NCBI GenBank assembly: GCA_033723415.1 | Contig: JAWVXD010000005.1 | Coordinates: 1 to 64,000, forward strand | Source: Sulfurospirillaceae bacterium | Lineage (GTDB): Bacteria > Campylobacterota > Campylobacteria > Campylobacterales > Sulfurospirillaceae | Length of the DNA: 64,000 nt | Direction of reading: 5' to 3' | Part shown: piece after piece, positions 42,195-52,123 of the stretch | How the letters are laid out: each line of letters opens with the position of its first letter | Position numbering within the stretch: the first letter of the stretch is position 1 | Program-made: the position numbers and the translations under genes | Notes under the pieces: generated by a model | Told to the model about the DNA's origin: nothing | The model's input: the letters and a program-made list of their open reading frames with translations, nothing else | Databases searched by the model: none

Positions 42195-43160
42195 ATGAGA
42201 GTATTGACAGGAATTCAACCCTCAGGCGCTCTTCATATAGGAAACTATTTTGGAGCGATCAAACAAATGTTGGACCTACAGGAAAAAAGTGATCTTTTTA
42301 TATTTATAGCCAACTACCACGCACTAACATCACTAAAAGACGGCGATGCATTGAAAAGAAATACAATGGATGCCGCTATAAATTTTCTTTCATTGGGAAT
42401 AGACCCAAACAAAAGTACATTTTGGCTACAATCTGATATAAAAGAAGTTTTAGAATTATACTGGGTGCTATCCAGTTTCACTCCGATGGGACTTTTGGAA
42501 CGGGCTCACAGCTACAAAGATAAAATTGCAAAAGGCATAGTCGCGAACCACGCCCTCTTCTCTTATCCTGTTTTAATGGCTTCTGATATACTTTTGTATA
42601 ATGCAGAAGTAGTTCCTGTAGGGAAAGACCAGGTTCAACATGTTGAGATAACCAGAGATATAGCGATTAAATTTAACAACCAATTTGGCGATATACTAAC
42701 CATACCTGAGTTCAAGATTGACGAAGTTGTCGCAACTGTTCCAGGGATAGACGGTGCTAAGATGAGCAAAAGTTACGGAAATACCATTGATATATTTTCT
42801 GATGCGAAACAACTTAAAAAAACAGTTTCCAAGATTGTAACCGATTCAACACCTATGGAAGAGCCGAAAGATTATGAAGATTGCAATGTTTTTGCCTTAT
42901 CAAAACTTTTTTTGGATGAAAACGGCATTAATGAACTAAAAGAAAGATACGTTAGAGGCGGAGAAGGATATGGACACTTCAAAATGCACTTAAATCAGCT
43001 TATTTGGGATTATTTTGCACCGGCACGTGAAAAAAGAGAATATTATCTCAAACACACGGATGAAGTAAGAGATATCTTAGATATAGGAGCAAGGAAAGCT
43101 AGAGTTATAGCTCAAGAGACGATTGAAAAAATCCGAGATTTAGTCGGAATTATAGGTTAA
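42195..43160 (+). CDS. trpS: Tryptophanyl-tRNA synthetase
   Basis: TGIQPSG, HIGN, VPVGKDQ, KMSKS. Confidence 0.97.
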   Translation: MRVLTGIQPSGALHIGNYFGAIKQMLDLQEKSDLFIFIANYHALTSLKDGDALKRNTMDAAINFLSLGIDPNKSTFWLQSDIKEVLELYWVLSSFTPMGLLERAHSYKDKIAKGIVANHALFSYPVLMASDILLYNAEVVPVGKDQVQHVEITRDIAIKFNNQFGDILTIPEFKIDEVVATVPGIDGAKMSKSYGNTIDIFSDAKQLKKTVSKIVTDSTPMEEPKDYEDCNVFALSKLFLDENGINELKERYVRGGEGYGHFKMHLNQLIWDYFAPAREKREYYLKHTDEVRDILDIGARKARVIAQETIEKIRDLVGIIG

Positions 43161-43166
43161 AACACA

Positions 43167-44411
43167 ATGTTAGATATAAAAATGATACAAAATGATTTTG
43201 ACTTGGTTTGTGCAAAGCTAAGAAAAAAAAGAGTAGATGAAAAACTGATAGAGGATTTAAGGATCAAATCACTTGATCTAAAAACTAAAAAAGCAGAACT
43301 GGAGCCGCTTCAAGCAGAGCAAAATGCAAATAGCAAACTTCTTGGCACTTATGCAAGAGAAGGAAAAGATATATCTGATCTAAAAGAAAAGCTCACGCTA
43401 AATAAAGAAAAAATTGCTGTTTTAAATAAAAGCACAAAAGATCTTGAAGATGAACTAATGTCTCTTTCTAAGATTATACCAAATCTACCTGATGATGATG
43501 TTCCTATAGGTGCTGATGAAAATGAAAATATAGAGTTGAAAAAAGTACTAACCCCTCCTGTTTTTACTTTCACTCCAAAAGAACATTGGGATCTTGATTT
43601 TGAGCAAAATTGGATTGATTTTGAGAGAGGAGTGAAAGTTTCTAAAAGTAGGTTTTCAGTTCTAAAAAATCAAGGCGCTAAATTAGAACGTGCTTTGATC
43701 AATTATATGTTAGACTTTAACTCAAAGAGAGGCTTTAGTGAAGTCGCTGTTCCTTATATAGTCAATCGAGAAACTCTAGAGGGCACAGGACAGCTCCCTA
43801 AATTTGAGGATGATCTTTTTAAAATTGACGGTGAAGAGTTGTTTCTTATACCTACAGCAGAAGTACCTGTCACAAATCTTTACAGAGATGAGATACTATC
43901 AAGTGATGAATTACCTATAAAGATGACATCATACACGGCATGTTTTAGAAAAGAAGCCGGAAGTGCAGGAAGAGATACAAGAGGCATGATCCGTCAGCAT
44001 CAATTTGACAAAGTGGAACTGGTTTGTATCGCTAAGCCCGAAGAAAGTGATAAAATATTTGAAGAGATGGTAAGTTGTGCGAGTGATCTTCTTTCTTCTT
44101 TAGGACTTGCCCACAGACATCTAATGCTTTGTGGCGGTGATCTTGGTTTTAGTGCGGCAAAAACTGTAGACTTAGAAGTTTGGTTCCCTGGGCAAAACAG
44201 ATACCGAGAGATTAGTTCAATTTCAAATACAAGAGATTTTCAGGCAAGACGTGCGAAAATAAGATATAAAAACGACAAAAAAAATGTGCTTGTCCATACG
44301 CTAAACGGTTCTTCTTTAGCAGTAGGTAGAACAATGATAGCAATAATGGAAAATTTTCAGAACGAAGACGGAAGTATAACTATACCTGAAGTTTTGAAAA
44401 AATATATGTAG
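43167..44411 (+). CDS. serS: Seryl-tRNA synthetase
   Basis: [26 protein letters not shown]. Confidence 0.97.
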   Translation: MLDIKMIQNDFDLVCAKLRKKRVDEKLIEDLRIKSLDLKTKKAELEPLQAEQNANSKLLGTYAREGKDISDLKEKLTLNKEKIAVLNKSTKDLEDELMSLSKIIPNLPDDDVPIGADENENIELKKVLTPPVFTFTPKEHWDLDFEQNWIDFERGVKVSKSRFSVLKNQGAKLERALINYMLDFNSKRGFSEVAVPYIVNRETLEGTGQLPKFEDDLFKIDGEELFLIPTAEVPVTNLYRDEILSSDELPIKMTSYTACFRKEAGSAGRDTRGMIRQHQFDKVELVCIAKPEESDKIFEEMVSCASDLLSSLGLAHRHLMLCGGDLGFSAAKTVDLEVWFPGQNRYREISSISNTRDFQARRAKIRYKNDKKNVLVHTLNGSSLAVGRTMIAIMENFQNEDGSITIPEVLKKYM

Positions 44412-44436
44412 CTACATATATGTAAAAGGTTTAAAA

Positions 44437-46746
44437 ATGGCAGAAGAAGAGATAGTAATCCTTGAAGCTGACGATGAGATAGCTGAAGAACAGGATCAAA
44501 ACAATGAAGCAGACTTGTATGAAGAGTTAGAAAAGAAAAATAGAAAAATTCTCATTGCAATAATCATTGTTATCTCTCTTATTATAATAGCCTTATTGAT
44601 AGCCATCTTTATATTTAAAAGTAGAAAACCTGTAGGCACACAAAATATTGAGATACCTAAAGTATCTCACAAGACAATAAAACAAGAAAATCTAAATCAA
44701 TTTTCACCATCAAAAATAGAGAGTATGATACAAAAAGCAAATATTCTATATGAAAAAGGTGATAAGCAAAAAGCACTTAAAATTTATCAACAGATATCTA
44801 CTTTCAATGAGGCTCTGTCTTTTTACAACATCGGTGTCGTCAAGATGAAAGAAAAGAATTATGAAGATGCTATCAAAGCTTTTAAAAAAGCAATCCTCAA
44901 TGGCGAACAAAAATGTATTAGCTCTATTAATGCTGCTGTCAGTGCTTTATATCTTGGTAAAACAAAATTATTTACTTACTATCTTGATCTGGCAAATGTT
45001 TATCTACATGATGATGTAAACTCTCCTATTTACTCTTATGAGATGAGTCTGGTTAATTATTATCGAAATTTTTACTATGAGACTCTTTCTTCACTTAAAC
45101 ATCCAAATAGCAAATTTTATAAAAATGAACAAAGATATATAGCATCTAAGATTTTAGCTTATATGGGACAGAATAAAGAAGCCATTGACAGTTTGCTAAA
45201 TACTGCTTTACCTGACAATAACCTACCTTTAGGCTTATTATATGCAAGAATAGGAGATTATAAAATCGCACAAAGATACTTGCAAAAAGCTCAAACAACT
45301 ACTAATGATCCAATCAGAGTAAAAATGGCATTGGCATTGGTAGACAATAAGCTTGGAAATTTGAAAACAAGCGCAGAACTTTTAAACGACTCATTGAAAT
45401 TGAATGAAAAAAGAACTTTATCTATTTATCCTATAAAAGCTACTTTAAAAGATTCTCTTTTTGATGTAAATCTGGCCCAAAAGGGTTTTGAAAAAGAGCT
45501 CTTTTTAAATAAAGAAAACAGCTATGGACTTTTATTTTATTACGCTCCTTATAAGATCTTTAATGCTTCCCAAAGTGTGGAATACACAAGAAAAGGCAGT
45601 ATGAATATATTTTTAGATAAATTGGCACCTGCACTTAACTACCTACAGGCAAGTTCAAGTATCTCTCGCGTAAATTTATCTATGACCAAAGGAATAAAAG
45701 AAGCTTTGGCAAACCATATATTTAAGGCGAATAGAACATTTAAAGGTTTACTAAAAGATTATCCTGCACACGCGATTTTACACTATAATCTAGCGTTAAC
45801 ATATGCGCAAATCGGAAACTATGCACAAGCATACAAACATTTTTCTATCAGTTATCATCTTGATAACACAAACTATCTAGCCGGTGTTTTTGCTATATTT
45901 TGCTCAGATATCCTAAACAAAGATTCATCTAGACTTGGTGATGATGTTAAAACAAGTATCGGATTGGACAAAAAACTACCAAATATAAATCTTTACTTAT
46001 CTCTAATTAGTTTAAGTGACAATAATCAGTATGCTATGTCAAGATGGCTTGAGACTAAGAAAAAGACCAGCCCTTTGAGTCTTGTTTTTGATATTATTAT
46101 CTCTGAAAAAATTCAAAATAAAGATCTTTTCAGAAAAAGAGCTCAAGAATTAAAAGCACTTCTACCAAAAGATCTCATAAGTAATATTATATTTTTTCAT
46201 ATGCAAAATGCAGGCAAAAATATAAAAGAATATGCAAAATCTTTCCAAATGGAATTTAAAAACAATTCCTTAAATTTAGACAGCTTTTATTACGGTCCTA
46301 GTATTGCAAGAGAGCAATTTACAAAATTACTACAAATTTCCGGACTTTTATATTATGAGAGAGATAAATTAAAAGCAAAAATACCACTTGAACAATACGA
46401 TAGACGAGCATTGATCTATACCTTAGCATACCTTGATATCTATACAAACAATTTTGAAGAATCATATGTCTTATACAATAAACTTATTGATGATTATAAG
46501 CAAAAAGACTCCAAAACAATCTTTTTATCAGCTGTCGCCTCCATAGGGGCAGGACATGTTGCCAATGCTATTGCTCTCTTAGAGTTATCAAAGCTTATAG
46601 ATCCGGAAAACGTTGAAAGCAGATATGCTCTTGGTCTCTTGTATCAAGAAGTTAAAAACTTTAACGGGGCTACTATACAATATACAAAAATCGGAGATAT
46701 AGACTTTTCTTCCAAATATTTTAGCTTTAAAATAATCTCTAATTAA
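44437..46746 (+). CDS. pflB: Membrane-anchored TPR protein, probable flagellar motor accessory PflB
   Basis: Acidic N-terminus, one TM, many TPRs; follows serS as in Campylobacter. Confidence 0.65.
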   Translation: MAEEEIVILEADDEIAEEQDQNNEADLYEELEKKNRKILIAIIIVISLIIIALLIAIFIFKSRKPVGTQNIEIPKVSHKTIKQENLNQFSPSKIESMIQKANILYEKGDKQKALKIYQQISTFNEALSFYNIGVVKMKEKNYEDAIKAFKKAILNGEQKCISSINAAVSALYLGKTKLFTYYLDLANVYLHDDVNSPIYSYEMSLVNYYRNFYYETLSSLKHPNSKFYKNEQRYIASKILAYMGQNKEAIDSLLNTALPDNNLPLGLLYARIGDYKIAQRYLQKAQTTTNDPIRVKMALALVDNKLGNLKTSAELLNDSLKLNEKRTLSIYPIKATLKDSLFDVNLAQKGFEKELFLNKENSYGLLFYYAPYKIFNASQSVEYTRKGSMNIFLDKLAPALNYLQASSSISRVNLSMTKGIKEALANHIFKANRTFKGLLKDYPAHAILHYNLALTYAQIGNYAQAYKHFSISYHLDNTNYLAGVFAIFCSDILNKDSSRLGDDVKTSIGLDKKLPNINLYLSLISLSDNNQYAMSRWLETKKKTSPLSLVFDIIISEKIQNKDLFRKRAQELKALLPKDLISNIIFFHMQNAGKNIKEYAKSFQMEFKNNSLNLDSFYYGPSIAREQFTKLLQISGLLYYERDKLKAKIPLEQYDRRALIYTLAYLDIYTNNFEESYVLYNKLIDDYKQKDSKTIFLSAVASIGAGHVANAIALLELSKLIDPENVESRYALGLLYQEVKNFNGATIQYTKIGDIDFSSKYFSFKIISN

Positions 46747-46923
46747 TTGCAAAAACATAAAATTACCTACTACTAAATCCATGCAAGACAAAAATTTATG
46801 ATATAATAGATTTTATTTATGTACATATATATTAGACGCTACATTGTGGTGAATAAACGTACATAATCAAGTCAAACAGGGGTTATAATTATATCAATAA
46901 ATTATATTTGAGGGAATTTTTAT

Positions 46924-49539
46924 ATGCGGTTATTGAATTATAGATATGAAAACTTGATAATGCTCAACGAATATATAGAGACGAACAAATTGCAGAATCA
47001 GAAATCCATATTTATTCAAATATATGGATCAAATCAAAAATCCCAAAATTTACATGAAATACGAGATCATATACGGCAAATTTTACCTCAGGCTGAATTG
47101 ATCGGGACAACTACGGCAGGAATTATCACAGATGGCAGATTAATTGATGATGTTATTATGCTCTCATTCTCTGTTTTTGAGTATGAAACCACAATCAAAA
47201 CGCTAGCTTTAAGCAATAACGATACTAATGAATATATAACCAAGTTATCTTCTTACATAAACTCTTCTACAAAACTTCTAATCTTGTTTACAAATACCTT
47301 TACATTTGAACCAAGCGCTGTTTTGCGAGAATTAGAAATACATTTTCCAAACATCGTAGTTGCAGGTGGTAAAGCTGCAGATGATTTTCATTTTGAAAAA
47401 TGTGAAGTCTTTAGTAAAACTGATGATAATTGTGATGCTCTAGTAGCAGTTATTTCATCTGAACATTTGAATGTTACAGCAAATTGCTTTATGAATTGGG
47501 ATAGTATAGGTAAAGTAATGACAGTCACAAAATCAAAAGGCTCTGAAGTTTATGAGATAGATAATCAAAAAGCGATTGATATCTACCGCAACTATCTAGG
47601 AGATGAGATAGCCAATCGGATATTAGAGATAGGCAGTGAATTTCCACTTATTTACAAATCTGATGATGTCGATGTAGCGCGTGCTTTGATCGCCGCAAAT
47701 AAAGAAACCGGTTCAATTACCTTCGCAGGTGAAATCCCACAAGGAACAAAAGTGCGTTTTGGTTTTGCAAATATTGAACATTTAAAATATCATAACCAAA
47801 AAATATTGATGGAAAATTTTGCTCACACCAAGGAAGCGATATATGTTTATAGTTGTGCTATGAGAAGAAATATGCTTGGTTCATTTTTCGAAAATGAACT
47901 AGCACATATAAATGCAGTAGCTCCTACATCCGGTTTTATAACTTATGGAGAGTTTTTTCATAAACAAAAAAGTTGCTCAAATATTCTTTTAAATATCACA
48001 ACCACATTTGTTGTTTTAAGTGAAAATGAATCATCCAAAATCGTTGATTTTTCACCATCAAAAACAAAACTAAGTAAAAGAGATTTAATATTGGAAGGCT
48101 TGACCACTCTTGTTAGTAAAAGTGGCAAAGAACTTGATGAAACACTCTATTACTTAGAGCAATTTGAACATATCGTCAACGAAGCATCAATAATCTCTAA
48201 AACAAATAGCAACGGCATTATCACATATGTCAATAAAAATCTGGAAGATATCTCCGGGTACACAAATCAAGAGTTGATTGGACAACATCACAATATTGTA
48301 AGGCATCCTGATATGCCACAAGATATTTTCAAAGATATGTGGAGCACTATAAAAAAAGGTGAAATTTGGAATGGTCTGATTAAGAATAGACGTAAAGACG
48401 GTGTCCCATACTATCTTATTAGTGAAGTATCTGCTATCTACAACAAAGATGGAACTTTAAAAGAGTATATTTCGGTTAGAACAGACGTAACTGAGCTGGA
48501 AGAATATAAAAGTGTACTTACTAAAGAGCTTTCAAATACAAACCAAAATTTTAAAGAGAATATTCACTATATCCAACAATATGAAACAGCCGTAAATTCA
48601 ATGGTAGCAATCATAAAAATCAATACTCAAAATAAGATCATCTATGCAAATGAACAATTTTATCGTTTAAGCGGCTACACCGAAGAAGAGTTAATAGGAG
48701 TAGATTGTTCTACTCTGAGAGTTCATGACCATCACGGTAAGGAAGCTTGTATAGATATAATCAAGCGGCTAAAAAAAGGAGAAATAGTTCGCCAAAGACT
48801 ACATACTCTAGCAAAAAACGATGAAGTATTTGTTACGGAGACTCTCTTCTGTCCTATTACTGATGTTAATGGGAAGATATCCGGATATATTCAAGTCATG
48901 CACGATATCACACCTATAGTAAAACTCAATAATGAGATCATAGAAACTCAAAAAGATATAGTGCAAACCATGGGTATGATTGGCGAAACTCGCTCAAAAG
49001 AAACCGGATTGCATGTTGTACGTGTGGCAGAATACTCTCGTATGTTAGCAAAACTTTACGGTCTTGATGAACAAGAATCTGAGCTTTTATGGCAAGCTTC
49101 TCCTATGCATGATATTGGTAAGGTCGGGATTGAAGATGCTATCTTAAATAAACCTGGTAAACTATCAACACAAGAATATGAGATCATGAAGACTCACTCT
49201 CAGATAGGGTATGACATGCTTAAAAAATATGATCGTGATATTTTAAAAGCAGCCGCTATAGTTGCGTATACTCATCATGAGAAATGGGATGGAACAGGAT
49301 ATCCAAATGGACTAAAAGGAGAGGATATTCATATTTTTGGTAGAATTACTGCTGTTGCCGATGTATTTGATGCACTAGGACATGATAGAGTTTATAAAAA
49401 AGCATGGGCTGATGAACAAATTTTTGATTTTTTTAAAGAAGAGAGAGGAAAACATTTTGATCCTAAACTGGTTGATTTATTTTTTCAACACATAGATATG
49501 TTTAAAGAAATCAGAAATACACTTAAGGACAACTTCTAA
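46924..49539 (+). CDS. FIST-PAS-PAS-HD-GYP cyclic-dinucleotide phosphodiesterase
   Basis: FIST (GTTTAG, AGGKAAD, YSCAMR, GFITYGE), PAS (HNIVRHPDMP), second PAS, MHDIGK, HHEKWDGTGYP. Confidence 0.9.
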   Translation: MRLLNYRYENLIMLNEYIETNKLQNQKSIFIQIYGSNQKSQNLHEIRDHIRQILPQAELIGTTTAGIITDGRLIDDVIMLSFSVFEYETTIKTLALSNNDTNEYITKLSSYINSSTKLLILFTNTFTFEPSAVLRELEIHFPNIVVAGGKAADDFHFEKCEVFSKTDDNCDALVAVISSEHLNVTANCFMNWDSIGKVMTVTKSKGSEVYEIDNQKAIDIYRNYLGDEIANRILEIGSEFPLIYKSDDVDVARALIAANKETGSITFAGEIPQGTKVRFGFANIEHLKYHNQKILMENFAHTKEAIYVYSCAMRRNMLGSFFENELAHINAVAPTSGFITYGEFFHKQKSCSNILLNITTTFVVLSENESSKIVDFSPSKTKLSKRDLILEGLTTLVSKSGKELDETLYYLEQFEHIVNEASIISKTNSNGIITYVNKNLEDISGYTNQELIGQHHNIVRHPDMPQDIFKDMWSTIKKGEIWNGLIKNRRKDGVPYYLISEVSAIYNKDGTLKEYISVRTDVTELEEYKSVLTKELSNTNQNFKENIHYIQQYETAVNSMVAIIKINTQNKIIYANEQFYRLSGYTEEELIGVDCSTLRVHDHHGKEACIDIIKRLKKGEIVRQRLHTLAKNDEVFVTETLFCPITDVNGKISGYIQVMHDITPIVKLNNEIIETQKDIVQTMGMIGETRSKETGLHVVRVAEYSRMLAKLYGLDEQESELLWQASPMHDIGKVGIEDAILNKPGKLSTQEYEIMKTHSQIGYDMLKKYDRDILKAAAIVAYTHHEKWDGTGYPNGLKGEDIHIFGRITAVADVFDALGHDRVYKKAWADEQIFDFFKEERGKHFDPKLVDLFFQHIDMFKEIRNTLKDNF

Positions 49540-49549
49540 GGAGGGGAAA

Positions 49550-49930
49550 ATGGAAGAGATACTCAAAGATACAGATTTTTTAGTTTCACAAACCGATTCA
49601 AAAGGAAGGATTCTTTTTGCAAATGAGGATTTCTGCAAAATTGCAGGATACACACTTGAAGAGATGGTGGGCAAACCTCACAATATTGTTCGTCATCCAG
49701 ATATGCCTAAAGCTGCCTTTAAAGATCTCTGGACAACTGTTCAAAGCGGAAAAGTATGGAAAGGGTATGTTAAAAATGCAACTAAAAACGGTGGTTTTTA
49801 TTGGGTATTTGCAACCGTATATCCAAATATAGCATGTGAAGAAAGTGATCACGGCTATATGTCATGTCGTAGAAAAGCATCACCTGAAGAGATTAAAATA
49901 GCCGAGGAATATTATAAAACCATACGTTGA
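49550..49930 (+). CDS. Stand-alone Aer-type PAS protein (CetB-like)
   Basis: LVSQTD.KG.I..AN, PHNIVRHPDMPKAAFKDLW, VKN..K.G.FYWV. Confidence 0.88.
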   Translation: MEEILKDTDFLVSQTDSKGRILFANEDFCKIAGYTLEEMVGKPHNIVRHPDMPKAAFKDLWTTVQSGKVWKGYVKNATKNGGFYWVFATVYPNIACEESDHGYMSCRRKASPEEIKIAEEYYKTIR

Positions 49931-49944
49931 AAGGATAGTTCATT

Positions 49945-51054
49945 ATGAAAGATATTACAAAGATTATCATCTTGCTGGCGATAGGGATAGTAGGTTTGAT
50001 TTCTGTAACACAGATAAATTCAATATGGATCAGTATTTTTATCATAATTGTCCTCACAGCAGTGGCAATATGGACAAATATCTCTTCTTCAGTAGATTTG
50101 ACTTTTTCTAAGCAATTGGACGATTTTAAAGAATTATTGCAATTTAAACGCAATCAATTAACTCCAATGCCTGCAGAAAAAAACAGCATAGAAGACAAAT
50201 TAAATCAAATCAGTAAAACCTATGAGGAGATACTAGAACAAGATACTAAAGTGGCTGGAGAGATGGTATTGCTCTCAGACAAGGTACGTAGAGGTCATTA
50301 TATGTGTAGAGTTGCCAGTGATAGCAAAACTCCTCATGTACACCTTTTACGCAAAACTATGAATACGATGCTTGATGCAACAGAAAAAAACCTAGATCAA
50401 GCGATTGAGGTTTTAGAATCCTTAAGTAAAGGTAATTTTTCATCAAGAATCAATATTACGGTAGAAGGTAAAATGAGCCAAATGCTAGAAAGGATCAACG
50501 ATCTGGCATCTGCATTGGAATCAATGGAACAGACGAATAAAGAAGCAAACGACATACTCAACAATAATACGTTACAATTAAAAACTACAATCGAAAGTTT
50601 GCGTCAAAATCAGTTTGTAGAACTCAATGGAATGATCAATGCAACTGTTGAAAGAATCCAATCTGTTGCAAACAAAGAGCATGAACTAGCAGATAATTTA
50701 CACTCTCTAGCAGGTAATGCGCAAGAAACTAAACAAATACTGGTCACAATAGGAGATATAGCAGATCAAACAAATTTACTAGCTTTAAATGCTGCTATAG
50801 AAGCTGCTCGCGCAGGAGAACATGGTCGTGGCTTTGCAGTCGTTGCCGATGAAGTACGAAAACTTGCCGAGAGAACGCAAAAAAGTCTAGCAGAAACTGC
50901 AGCTACTATTAACATCTTGATCCAAGCTATAAACGATAACAGTGAATCTCTAAATAAAAACATGAATGAGATGATGAATCTCACAAAATATGTCGGAACA
51001 GTAGATGACAAGATGGAAGAAGTGCTTAATTCAATGGATAAGTTAAACGAATAA
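49945..51054 (+). CDS. Methyl-accepting chemotaxis protein (CetA-like, short signalling domain)
   Basis: Two adjacent N-terminal TMs, HAMP-like region, [38 protein letters not shown]. Confidence 0.9.
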   Translation: MKDITKIIILLAIGIVGLISVTQINSIWISIFIIIVLTAVAIWTNISSSVDLTFSKQLDDFKELLQFKRNQLTPMPAEKNSIEDKLNQISKTYEEILEQDTKVAGEMVLLSDKVRRGHYMCRVASDSKTPHVHLLRKTMNTMLDATEKNLDQAIEVLESLSKGNFSSRINITVEGKMSQMLERINDLASALESMEQTNKEANDILNNNTLQLKTTIESLRQNQFVELNGMINATVERIQSVANKEHELADNLHSLAGNAQETKQILVTIGDIADQTNLLALNAAIEAARAGEHGRGFAVVADEVRKLAERTQKSLAETAATINILIQAINDNSESLNKNMNEMMNLTKYVGTVDDKMEEVLNSMDKLNE

Positions 51055-51065
51055 AGATTATTTTA

Positions 51066-51105
51066 AATAAAGAGATACTAGAATATATGCTTGTATCTCT
51101 TTATT
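51066..51105. terminator. Putative intrinsic terminator after the MCP gene
   Basis: AATAAAGAGATAC...GTATCTCTTTATT 13-bp inverted repeat. Confidence 0.6.
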
Positions 51106-51205
51106 GATCGATAAAATATCAAAGTAGCCCTGCTTAAGCAACAAAGCATAAGCAAAAAATATTTATCGAAGAACAACACAATTTTATTTGATCTAAGGCA
51201 AAGTT

Positions 51206-52123
51206 ATGAATTATTTTATTTTTTTTGGCATTTCTTTGCTTTTCTACACTTTAACTTTTGCAGAGCCAATAACTCCAATACCATTAACGAATAGTGGCAT
51301 TAATACTCAAAAAGCAAAGCTTGGTAAAAAACTTTTTTTTGATAAGATCTTGTCAAAAGATGATAGTACTTCTTGTGCCGATTGCCATAAACCAAGTCAT
51401 AGCGGTGCTGATAATCTTAGAGCATCTTTTGGCGTATATCACAATAAAACAAATCTAAATACCTCTACAGTTTATAATTCAAGATATAATTTTGTTCAAT
51501 TTTTTGACGGTAGAGCAAAAAATCTAGAAGAAGCCTCAAAGTATTGCATAGAAAGCAATACTACAATGGACAGCGTTTCCAGTGATCTAATAAAAAAACT
51601 AAATAACTCATCTTATAAAAAGGATTTTAGTAGAATTTATAATGATAAGATCAAACAAAAATATATTGATAATGCTATAGCGGAGTATATGAAATCTTTA
51701 GTTACACCAAATTCTGCATTTGACAGATATCTCAGAGGAGATAAATCAGCGCTTAGTAAATCGCAAAAAAGAGGATATTCCCTATTTAAATTAGAAGGTT
51801 GCATAATTTGCCACAACGGTATAAATGTAGGAAGTAATCTATTTGCCAAATTTGGAGAAGCTAGAGAAGCACCAAACAGTTATCTTGGCAAATATAATGT
51901 TTCTAAAGCATCATTTGATAAATATTTTTTAAAAGTCCCTACTCTTAGAAATATATCAAAAACTGCACCGTACTTGCATGACGGAAGATTTGATAACTTA
52001 AGTGATGTTGTAAAATTTATGCTCAAATATCAACTAGACAAATCTGTTAGTCAAAAAGACGTAAATGATATAGTAGCCTTTTTAAAATCTCTTGATGGGG
52101 AAACGCCTAAAAATGCAAAATAA
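51206..52123 (+). CDS. Periplasmic di-heme cytochrome c peroxidase (bCCP/MauG) family protein, catalytically degenerate
   Basis: Signal peptide, LGKKLFFD, CADCH, CIICH, KVPTLRN..TAPY.HDG; QFFDGRA instead of QFWDGRA. Confidence 0.85.
   Translation: MNYFIFFGISLLFYTLTFAEPITPIPLTNSGINTQKAKLGKKLFFDKILSKDDSTSCADCHKPSHSGADNLRASFGVYHNKTNLNTSTVYNSRYNFVQFFDGRAKNLEEASKYCIESNTTMDSVSSDLIKKLNNSSYKKDFSRIYNDKIKQKYIDNAIAEYMKSLVTPNSAFDRYLRGDKSALSKSQKRGYSLFKLEGCIICHNGINVGSNLFAKFGEAREAPNSYLGKYNVSKASFDKYFLKVPTLRNISKTAPYLHDGRFDNLSDVVKFMLKYQLDKSVSQKDVNDIVAFLKSLDGETPKNAK

Noticed and set aside
46747..46923. c-di-GMP riboswitch upstream of the HD-GYP gene
   Set aside because: No GEMM-type features (GGCAAA, GNRA loop plus receptor) visible.
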